From Deferribacterales bacterium (GTDB lineage: Bacteria; Chrysiogenota; Deferribacteres; Deferribacterales; Geovibrionaceae): a stretch of 16,858 nucleotides of DNA. Shown piece by piece: positions 9,023 to 16,858 of the stretch. A program made the translations under genes and the position numbers. The stretch spans positions 1 to 16,858 of the forward strand of contig JBFWJG010000050.1 in the NCBI GenBank assembly GCA_050253335.1. Direction: 5' to 3'. The notes under the pieces are model-generated. The model made no database searches. It saw only the letters and a program-made list of their open reading frames with translations, and had not been told where the DNA came from. Numbering within the stretch: the first letter of the stretch is position 1; each line of letters begins with the position of its first letter.

Positions 9023-9541
9023 GTGACAAGAGAAGAGAAAAAACAGTATGTCCAACAGCTTACTGAAGAAATCAAAACAAGTGATGCGCTGTTCTTGGCA
9101 AATTATAAAGGACTGACTTTCCCTCAGCTTACTGCTATCAGAACTGCGGTGAAAGAAAAAGGCAGCGATTTTAAAGTCGTCAAGAACACACTTGTCAAAA
9201 TCGCTCTGCACAACAACGGAATTGAGTCTCTCGATGAGACACTCAAACTCTGCACGGCATGCACCATCGTAAACGGTGATGTTGCCTCTGTCGCCAAGGA
9301 TATGAAAAAATTCGCCAAAGACTACGACAAGTTCGAAATCAAAGGCGGCTACCTTGACGGTAAACTTCTCTCCGGAGAAGACGTGAACAGGCTTGCTGAC
9401 CTTCCCTCAAGGGAAGTGCTCCTCGGAAGAGTGCTTGCTACGATGAACGCTCCCGCGTCAAACTTCGTATCACTGCTCAGCAATGTTCCCCGCAGCTTCC
9501 TGAATGTGCTTAACGCGATCAAAGAACAAAAACAAAGTTAA
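9023..9541 (+). CDS. rplJ: 50S ribosomal protein L10
   Basis: NYKGLT, FKVVKNTL, LADLPSREVLLG. GTG 9023 (MTREEKKQ) preferred because the ORF-track ATG at 9011 overlaps the GGAGG SD (9013-9017). Confidence 0.97.
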   Translation: MTREEKKQYVQQLTEEIKTSDALFLANYKGLTFPQLTAIRTAVKEKGSDFKVVKNTLVKIALHNNGIESLDETLKLCTACTIVNGDVASVAKDMKKFAKDYDKFEIKGGYLDGKLLSGEDVNRLADLPSREVLLGRVLATMNAPASNFVSLLSNVPRSFLNVLNAIKEQKQS

Positions 9542-9553
9542 TGGAGGACTTAA

Positions 9554-9934
9554 ATGTCTGTAACTAAAGAACAAGTAGTAGAATTTATATCAAACATGAC
9601 AGTAATCGAGCTCGCAGACTTCGTTAAAGAACTTGAAGACAAGTTCGGCGTTTCCGCTGCTGCTCCCGTTGCTATGATGGCCGGCCCCGCTGTTGCTGCT
9701 GAAGCTGCAGTAGTTGAAGAGCAGACAGAGTTCACCGTTATCCTTAAAGACGGCGGCGAGAAAAAAGTTCAGGTTATCAAAGTTGTTCGTGAACTTACAA
9801 ACCTCGGACTTAAAGAAGCTAAAGCACTCGTTGACGGCGCTCCTGCTCCCGTTAAAGAAGGCGTTTCCAAAGAGGAAGCTGCTTCTATCAAAGCTAAACT
9901 TGAAGAAGCCGGCGGTACTGCTGAAGTTAAGTAA
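9554..9934 (+). CDS. rplL: 50S ribosomal protein L7/L12
   Basis: [44 protein letters not shown]. Confidence 0.99.
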   Translation: MSVTKEQVVEFISNMTVIELADFVKELEDKFGVSAAAPVAMMAGPAVAAEAAVVEEQTEFTVILKDGGEKKVQVIKVVRELTNLGLKEAKALVDGAPAPVKEGVSKEEAASIKAKLEEAGGTAEVK

Positions 9935-9972
9935 TTACTTCTCAAATCAGGAAAACTTGATCAGCATAAATC

Positions 9973-10004
9973 GGGGGCGCCAGAAGCGCCCCCATGCCTT
10001 CTTT
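9973..10004 (+). terminator. Probable leaky terminator/attenuator between rplL and rpoB
   Basis: GGGGGCGC-cagaa-GCGCCCCC perfect 8-bp stem (9973-9993) followed by an imperfect tail (atgccttcttt). Confidence 0.55.
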
Positions 10005-10039
10005 AACATTTAGCGGATACATCCCACAGGTGATAAAAT

Positions 10040-13000
10040 ATGGATTCAACCAGAAAGCCTATTGAGAGAGTCAGTTTCTCAAAAATCCAGAAAGTAATTG
10101 ATATGCCCGACCTTATTGAGGTTCAGAAACGCTCCTATGTTGAGTTCCTTCAGGAAGGAGTTCCCGCGGACGAGAGAGAACAGAAGGGTCTTGATGAAGT
10201 ATTCAGGGAAATCTTTCCGATCACCGACTTTAATGAAACATCAGTTCTTGAATATATCAGTTATACTCTTGAAAAACCCAAATACACGCCCAGAGAAGCA
10301 ATCGACAGAAGCACGACCTTTGCAGCTCCGCTCAAGGTCAAGGTGCGTCTTGTCAATTATGATATAAATGAGGAATCAGAAGAAAAACTCGTAAACTCCG
10401 CGAAAGAGTCCGAGGTTTATCTCTGCGACATCCCCCTGATGACAGACAGAGGAACCTTCGTGATCAACGGTGTTGAAAGAGTTATCGTGAGCCAGCTCCA
10501 CCGCTCGCCGGGAATATTCTTCGAAGATATTACGGCGTCCAAAAGCGTTGTGGAGAAACACCTTTACAGTGCGAGAATCATACCCTACAGAGGTTCATGG
10601 ATAGATTTTGACTTCGATGCGAAAAACGTAATGTACGTGCGTATCGATAAGAAGAGAAAAATACCCGTTACCGTTCTCCTTAAAGCTCTCGGCATGACGG
10701 AGCTTGACATCCTCAACACATACTACGACATGGTCAATGTGCGTGTTGAAGCGAACGGAAACATGACTAAAAACTACAACGAAGCACATGTTGTGGGTCA
10801 GAGAAACAGTCTTGATATCACTGACGAAAACGGCGATGTGATTGTCAAGGCCAACCATAAGATAACAAAAGCGGCCAGAAAAAGAATCAGCGCGGCTAAA
10901 ATCACCCGTATCCCCATAACCCTTGAGGATATACTTGATACTTTCTTCGGAGAGGACATAGTCAACGGCGACGGAGAGGTTGTTCTTGAGGCGGGAGCTC
11001 CCGTTACAGAGGATAATTTCGAGAAGCTTGCTGAAAACGGAATAAGCGAGTTTAAGGTGCTGTTTATAGACAGACAGTCCTCAGACAGCATTATCCGCGA
11101 CATTCTGTTCGTTGACAAAGTTAAAACACAGGACGAGGCTCTTATCGAGATCTACAGGAAACTCCGCCCCGGCGAACCCGCCACGGCAGACACCGCTAAA
11201 TCTCTTTTTGACAACCTTTTCTTTAACCCCAAGCGCTACGATCTCTCAAGGGTCGGACGCCTTAAAATAAATAAAAGACTTGGTCTCAGCATAAACCTTG
11301 ACCACACCACACTGACCAAGGAAGACATAGTCGAAACCGTGCGCGTGCTTGAAAATATACGTAAAGGTATCGCGAACGTTGACGACATTGACCACCTCGG
11401 ACACAGAAGGGTGAGGGCGGCAGGCGAACAGCTCCAGAACCACATCAGGATCGGCCTTGCCAGAATGGAGAAAACCGTTAAGGAAAGGATGAGCATTCAG
11501 GACACTGAGGATCTTACTCCTCAGGATCTCCTTAACGCTAAGCCTCTCAGCGCCTCCATTAAAGAATTTTTCGGAAGCTACCAGCTTTCCCAGTTCATGG
11601 ATCAGACAAACCCTCTCAGTGAAATTACTCACAAAAGAAGACTGTCTGCCCTCGGACCCGGCGGTCTTAACCGTGACAGAGCCGGTTTCGAAGTCCGTGA
11701 CGTTCATACATCACACTACGGAAGAATATGCCCCATTGAGACGCCTGAAGGTCCGAACATCGGTCTTATCACATCTCTTACGACATATTCAAAAATTAAT
11801 GAGTTCGGCTTTATCGAAACTCCTTACAGAAAAGTCGTCGGTGACGTAGTTACCAACGAAGTTGTTTACATGTCCGCAATAGAGGAAGAGGATTTCTACA
11901 TAGCTCAGGCTAACGCTCTCCTTGATAAAGACAATAAATTCGTAAGGGAATACATAGCCGCAAGGTATATGGGAGATTCTCTCCAGACTCCCCGTGAAAA
12001 CATCCAGTATATGGACGTTTCACCTAAGCAGATGGTTTCAGTTTCTTCCGCGCTCATCCCTTTCCTTGAGCATGATGATGCGAACAGGGCTCTCATGGGT
12101 TCAAACATGCAGCGTCAGGGCGTGCCCCTTATCCGTACCGAATCCCCCATAGTGGGAACAGGCATGGAGATGAAGTGCGCAATAGACTCAGGCGCGGTTG
12201 TGATAGCCGAACATGCAGGTATCGTTGACTTTGTTGACGCGGTCAAGATAGTTGTCCGCTACAACGAAAAAGACGATTTCGGTGTGGATATATATGATCT
12301 CGTTAAATACAGAAGATCAAACCAGGACACATGCATAAACTTCAAGCCTATAGTTGATAAAGGCGACATAGTGAAAAAAGGCGATATCCTCGCCGGAGGC
12401 CCCGCGACACAGGGCGGAGAGCTTGCTCTCGGACGCAACATCGTCGTGGCGTTCATGCCTTGGATGGGCTACAACTACGAGGACTCCATCCTTATTTCAC
12501 AGAAGGTCGTCAAAGAGGATGCCTATACTTCAATCCACATTGAGGTTTTTGAAGTTGAAGCAAGAGATACCAAACTCGGACCGGAGGAGATCACATCTGA
12601 TATCCCCAACGTAAGTGACGAGGCTCTGAAAGACCTTGACGAAAGCGGAATAATCCGTGTGGGCGCTAAGGTTAAACCCGGCGATATACTTGTGGGTAAA
12701 GTGACTCCCAAGGGCGAAACTCAGGCCACTCCCGAAGAAAAGCTCCTCAGAGCGATTTTCGGCGAGAAAGCCGGCGATGTAAAAGATGCTTCGCTGAGAG
12801 TTCCCCCCAGCATAAAAGGTACGGTTATCGGCGTTCAGGTAATGACCAGACGCGGCATAGATAAAGACAGCCGCACCGAAATAATAGAAATGAAAGAGTA
12901 CGCGGACATCAAAAAGGACTATGAACGTTCTCTCCGCGCTCTTGAAGATGCAAGAAAGGCGAAAATTATCTCCACTCTTGCGGGCAAGAAACTTATAGAC

Positions 13001-14023
13001 GCTTTCAAAGGCGAAAAAATAAGCCTCGATTCAGGAGCGGTTGTTAAGGCGGAAGAGCTCAAAGGGCTTGACTACACCGACCTTGTGAACCTTCCCGTCG
13101 AAGGCAGAAGAGACTTTGAAGAGCAGCTCGTGAGCATCAACAACGTTTACTTCAAAAAAGTGAAGGACGCTGAGGATCTCTACAAAGACAGGAAAAAGAA
13201 AGTCGAGAAAGGGGACGAACTTCCCGCGGGCGTTCTTAAATCCGTCAAAGTATATGTGGCCATAAAAAGAAAGCTCAGCGTAGGCGATAAAATGGCAGGC
13301 CGTCACGGTAACAAAGGGGTTGTGTCCAGAATTCTTCCCGAAGAGGATATGCCCTATCTCCCTGACGGAACGCCGGTTGAAGTTGTTCTCAACCCGCTTT
13401 CGGTTCCCTCAAGGATGAACATCGGGCAGATTCTTGAAACCCACCTCGGCTGGGCGGGCAAGGCTCTCGGAGTTAAGTTCTCAACAGAGGTTTTCGACAG
13501 CGCCCGTGAGAGCGACATTAAAGAAATGCTCACCAAAGCAGGCTTCCAGGAAGACGGACAGACTATCCTCTTCGATGGAAGAACAGGCGAGCGCTTCGAT
13601 CAGGAAGTCACTGTGGGCGTTATGTATTACATGAAGCTCCACCACCTTGTTGATACGAAAATCCATGCCCGTTCAACAGGCCCCTACTCACTCGTTACCC
13701 AGCAGCCCCTCGGCGGTAAAGCCCAGTTCGGCGGTCAGCGTCTCGGAGAGATGGAGGTCTGGGCTCTTGAAGCATACGGAGCAGCGAACATACTTCAGGA
13801 AATGCTCACCGTTAAATCGGATGACGTGGAAGGAAGAACAACTGTTTACGAATCAATCGTGAACGGAAACTTCAGCTTCTCGCCGAGCATGCCTGAGTCA
13901 TTTAACGTACTTATAAAAGAGCTTCAGGGTCTTGCACTTGATCTTGAGCTTATGTCCCTTGATAATTTACCCGAAGATGAATCGGACGGCCAAGGCGCCG
14001 CCGATACCAGGGAGGACTCATAA
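10040..14023 (+). CDS. rpoB: DNA-directed RNA polymerase subunit beta
   Basis: [97 protein letters not shown]; 1327 aa. Confidence 0.99.
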   Translation: MDSTRKPIERVSFSKIQKVIDMPDLIEVQKRSYVEFLQEGVPADEREQKGLDEVFREIFPITDFNETSVLEYISYTLEKPKYTPREAIDRSTTFAAPLKVKVRLVNYDINEESEEKLVNSAKESEVYLCDIPLMTDRGTFVINGVERVIVSQLHRSPGIFFEDITASKSVVEKHLYSARIIPYRGSWIDFDFDAKNVMYVRIDKKRKIPVTVLLKALGMTELDILNTYYDMVNVRVEANGNMTKNYNEAHVVGQRNSLDITDENGDVIVKANHKITKAARKRISAAKITRIPITLEDILDTFFGEDIVNGDGEVVLEAGAPVTEDNFEKLAENGISEFKVLFIDRQSSDSIIRDILFVDKVKTQDEALIEIYRKLRPGEPATADTAKSLFDNLFFNPKRYDLSRVGRLKINKRLGLSINLDHTTLTKEDIVETVRVLENIRKGIANVDDIDHLGHRRVRAAGEQLQNHIRIGLARMEKTVKERMSIQDTEDLTPQDLLNAKPLSASIKEFFGSYQLSQFMDQTNPLSEITHKRRLSALGPGGLNRDRAGFEVRDVHTSHYGRICPIETPEGPNIGLITSLTTYSKINEFGFIETPYRKVVGDVVTNEVVYMSAIEEEDFYIAQANALLDKDNKFVREYIAARYMGDSLQTPRENIQYMDVSPKQMVSVSSALIPFLEHDDANRALMGSNMQRQGVPLIRTESPIVGTGMEMKCAIDSGAVVIAEHAGIVDFVDAVKIVVRYNEKDDFGVDIYDLVKYRRSNQDTCINFKPIVDKGDIVKKGDILAGGPATQGGELALGRNIVVAFMPWMGYNYEDSILISQKVVKEDAYTSIHIEVFEVEARDTKLGPEEITSDIPNVSDEALKDLDESGIIRVGAKVKPGDILVGKVTPKGETQATPEEKLLRAIFGEKAGDVKDASLRVPPSIKGTVIGVQVMTRRGIDKDSRTEIIEMKEYADIKKDYERSLRALEDARKAKIISTLAGKKLIDAFKGEKISLDSGAVVKAEELKGLDYTDLVNLPVEGRRDFEEQLVSINNVYFKKVKDAEDLYKDRKKKVEKGDELPAGVLKSVKVYVAIKRKLSVGDKMAGRHGNKGVVSRILPEEDMPYLPDGTPVEVVLNPLSVPSRMNIGQILETHLGWAGKALGVKFSTEVFDSARESDIKEMLTKAGFQEDGQTILFDGRTGERFDQEVTVGVMYYMKLHHLVDTKIHARSTGPYSLVTQQPLGGKAQFGGQRLGEMEVWALEAYGAANILQEMLTVKSDDVEGRTTVYESIVNGNFSFSPSMPESFNVLIKELQGLALDLELMSLDNLPEDESDGQGAADTREDS

Positions 14024-14025
14024 TT

Positions 14026-16858
14026 ATGAAGAAGAGTACTCTTTTTGACGAAAAATCACCCGTGTTTTTCGACTCTATAGGAATTCGCATAGCGAGCCCG
14101 GACAAGATCAGAACATGGTCATCCGGCGAGGTTACAAAACCCGAAACAATCAACTACCGTACCTTCAAACCTGAAAGGGACGGTCTGTTCTGCGCAAAAA
14201 TCTTCGGACCCGTGAAAGACTGGGAATGTCTCTGCGGAAAATACAAGAGGATGAAGCACAGAGGCATTGTCTGCGAAAAATGCGGTGTTGAGGTTATCCA
14301 GTCGAAAGTAAGAAGGGAGAGGATGGGGCATATCGACCTTGCTTCCCCCGTGTGCCACATATGGTTCTTTAAAGGCACGCCCAGCAGGATCGGCTCACTC
14401 CTTGACCTCAGTATCAAGGACATTGAACGCATTATCTATTTCGAGTCATATATAGTCACCAATCCCAAGGACACTCCCCTCAAAGAGAAGGAGCTCCTCA
14501 CGGAAGACCACTACCGCAGAGCGGTGGATGAGTACGGTGCATCCGCATTCGTCGCCAAAATCGGCGCCGAAGCGATAAAGGATCTGCTCAAACAGGTGGA
14601 TCTCGACATTCTCCTTCTTGAACTGAAGGATGAACTCAGAGACACCACGAGTATGCAGAAAAAACTGAAGCTTGCCAAACGCCTCAGAGTTGTTGAAGCT
14701 TTCCGTAAAAGCGGCAACAGACCCGAGTGGATGGTTCTGGACGTTATCCCCGTGATTCCGCCCGAGCTTCGCCCCCTTGTTCCCCTGGACGGCGGAAGGT
14801 TTGCCACAAGCGACCTTAACGACCTCTACAGAAGGGTGATCAACAGGAACAACCGTCTTAAAAAGCTCATGGAGCTTAACGCCCCTGAAATCATCATCCG
14901 CAACGAAAAAAGGATGCTTCAGGAAGCGGTGGACGCCCTGTTTGACAACGGCAGGAGAGGCCGAGTAATCCGCAGCTCCAACAAACGCCCCCTGAAATCA
15001 CTTTCCGATATGATTAAAGGAAAGCAGGGACGTTTCCGTCAGAACCTTCTGGGTAAAAGGGTGGACTACTCCGGCCGTAGCGTTATCGTTGCCGGCCCCC
15101 ATCTTAAAATGCACCAGTGCGGAATACCCAAGCTCATGGCTCTTGAGCTTTTCAAGCCCTTCCTCTACTACAAGCTGGAAAAGGAAAGGGGCATAGCCTC
15201 CACCATAAAACAGGCGAAAAGAATGGTGGAAGAGCAGAGACCCGAGGTATGGGATGTTCTGGAAGAGGTTATCAGGGAGCACCCTGTTCTCCTCAACCGT
15301 GCGCCCACGCTCCACAGGCTCGGTATTCAGGCGTTTGAGCCCATGTTGGTTGAAGGTAAGGCGATTCAGCTTCACCCCCTCGTCTGCCCCGCATTCAACG
15401 CGGACTTCGACGGCGACCAGATGGCTGTTCACGTACCTCTGTCATATGAGGCGCAGCTTGAGGCAAGAACCCTCATGCTCGCATGCTACAACATACTTTC
15501 TCCCGCGCACGGAAAGCCTCTGGCTGTTCCCACGCAGGATATGGTTCTCGGTATATACTACCTTACCCGCGGCGTGAAAAACGCCAAAGGCGCAGGCAAA
15601 GTGTTCTCATCTCCCAAAGAGGTCAGAATAGCCTACGATCAGGGCAGGCTTGATGTACACGCGGAGATTAAGGTAAGGATAAACGGCAAGCGCTACGACA
15701 CTGTAACGGGAAGGATAATCCTTTTCGAAATAGTGCCCGCAGGAATCGACTTTGAAGTCGTTAACCAGGTTTTCACAAAGAAAGACCTCTTTAAGCTTGT
15801 TGACTATATATATAAGAAGCTCGGCAACTTTCACACTGTGCAGTTCCTTGACAACCTCAAGGATCTCGGTTTCGCTCAGGCGTGCAGAGCCGGTTTCTCC
15901 ATATGCCTTGACGACCTTATAATACCCGCTGAAAAGCCCGAACTCATAAATCAGGCAATGCAGAAAGTGCGCGAGATTGAAGAGCACTACCGTGAAGGTG
16001 CGCTGACTTCAGGCGAGCGTTACAACCAGATCATTGACGTCTGGTCAACAACGAACGACAAAGTTACTGACAAGATGATGAAAACCATCGAGGCTCAGGG
16101 CGGCGACAAGTCAAAAACACATAAAAGAGACCGTTTCTACAACGCCATTCACGTAATGGCGCACTCAGGAGCGAGAGGTTCAAAGGCGCAGATAAGCCAG
16201 CTTGCAGGGATGAGGGGTCTTATGGCCAAGCCCTCGGGCGAGATTATCGAAACGCCCATTACCTCAAACTTCCGTGAGGGGCTTACGGTTCTCCAGTACT
16301 TCATATCAACCCACGGTGCAAGGAAAGGTCTTGCGGATACGGCTCTTAAAACGGCGAACTCCGGTTACCTTACAAGAAGGCTTGTGGACGTTGCTCAGGA
16401 TGTTATCATCAGCGAAGAGGACTGCGGAACAATCCGCGGTATCGAAATTTCCGCCCTTATGGAAGGAACGGAAGCTGTTGAACCACTCGGCGAGCGTATC
16501 CTCGGCCGCTACACTCTGGAAGATGTGTATGATCCGATTACCGATGATCTTATTGTTGATGCCAACAGCCTGATCACGGAAGATCTGGTTGAAAAGATAG
16601 AGGGCTCCGGTCTTGACAGAGTTAAAGTCCGCTCTGTTCTCACCTGCGAATCCGAGCACGGCATATGCCGCCAGTGCTACGGCCTTGACCTCGCCACAAG
16701 ACGTATTGTCGAAGTGGGCGAGGCAGTGGGCACGATAGCGGCACAGTCAATCGGTGAACCCGGTACGCAGCTTACTATGAGGACATTCCACATCGGCGGC
16801 GCGGCGTCTTCATCAGCCGAGCAGTCAAGCCTTAACGCCAAGTTCGGCGGTACCATCA
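14026..16858 (+). CDS. rpoC: DNA-directed RNA polymerase subunit beta', 5' part (runs off the window end; absent from the ORF track)
   Basis: ATG 14026 with GGAGGA SD at 14011-14016 inside the rpoB end. Reads MKKSTLF...[25 protein letters not shown], Zn finger CLCGKY...CEKCGVEV, and catalytic [12 protein letters not shown] (AAC at 15397, in frame). Confidence 0.99.
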   Translation, partial: MKKSTLFDEKSPVFFDSIGIRIASPDKIRTWSSGEVTKPETINYRTFKPERDGLFCAKIFGPVKDWECLCGKYKRMKHRGIVCEKCGVEVIQSKVRRERMGHIDLASPVCHIWFFKGTPSRIGSLLDLSIKDIERIIYFESYIVTNPKDTPLKEKELLTEDHYRRAVDEYGASAFVAKIGAEAIKDLLKQVDLDILLLELKDELRDTTSMQKKLKLAKRLRVVEAFRKSGNRPEWMVLDVIPVIPPELRPLVPLDGGRFATSDLNDLYRRVINRNNRLKKLMELNAPEIIIRNEKRMLQEAVDALFDNGRRGRVIRSSNKRPLKSLSDMIKGKQGRFRQNLLGKRVDYSGRSVIVAGPHLKMHQCGIPKLMALELFKPFLYYKLEKERGIASTIKQAKRMVEEQRPEVWDVLEEVIREHPVLLNRAPTLHRLGIQAFEPMLVEGKAIQLHPLVCPAFNADFDGDQMAVHVPLSYEAQLEARTLMLACYNILSPAHGKPLAVPTQDMVLGIYYLTRGVKNAKGAGKVFSSPKEVRIAYDQGRLDVHAEIKVRINGKRYDTVTGRIILFEIVPAGIDFEVVNQVFTKKDLFKLVDYIYKKLGNFHTVQFLDNLKDLGFAQACRAGFSICLDDLIIPAEKPELINQAMQKVREIEEHYREGALTSGERYNQIIDVWSTTNDKVTDKMMKTIEAQGGDKSKTHKRDRFYNAIHVMAHSGARGSKAQISQLAGMRGLMAKPSGEIIETPITSNFREGLTVLQYFISTHGARKGLADTALKTANSGYLTRRLVDVAQDVIISEEDCGTIRGIEISALMEGTEAVEPLGERILGRYTLEDVYDPITDDLIVDANSLITEDLVEKIEGSGLDRVKVRSVLTCESEHGICRQCYGLDLATRRIVEVGEAVGTIAAQSIGEPGTQLTMRTFHIGGAASSSAEQSSLNAKFGGTI
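16611..16858 (+). repeat. Terminal direct repeat, copy 2 (matches 1-248)
   Basis: Direct comparison; one mismatch (A16732 vs G122). Confidence 0.97.

Noticed and set aside
8581..9211. ORFs 8706-9026, 8717-8920, 8827-9066 (+) and 8581-8853, 8795-9211 (-)
   Set aside because: They are translations of the tandem repeat. The 106-bp period is not a multiple of 3, so the same peptides recur in shifting frames, and no protein family is recognisable.

Overview
This is a core housekeeping locus from a bacterium of roughly 45-50% GC (estimated by eye). Gene order and protein style suggest Deferribacterota, which is an inference I cannot verify. All real genes are on the + strand: 3' part of rpoC, rpsL, rpsG, fusA, tuf, rpmG, tRNA-Trp, secE, nusG, rplK, rplA, rplJ, rplL, rpoB, 5' part of rpoC. 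Two things stand out. (1) The window is circularly permuted. Bases 1-248 repeat at 16611-16858 with one mismatch, and joining the ends rebuilds one intact in-frame rpoC (1351 aa) on a 16,610-bp circle. The single tuf has the str-operon upstream context and the rpmG/secE downstream context. That is what looping between two directly repeated tuf copies would give, either as an assembly collapse (more likely) or as a real excised circle or tandem amplification. (2) Two unusually long intergenic regions (tRNA-Trp/secE and rplA/rplJ) carry a shared family of structured repeats. Their hairpins have different stems but a constant ACAGGATGTA / CAGGA(T/A)G loop, which is CsrA/RsmA-site-like. Both arrays end just upstream of a ribosome-binding site, and the rplJ array is a 106-bp tandem expansion. 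I found no mobile-element genes, CRISPR array or accessory genes.
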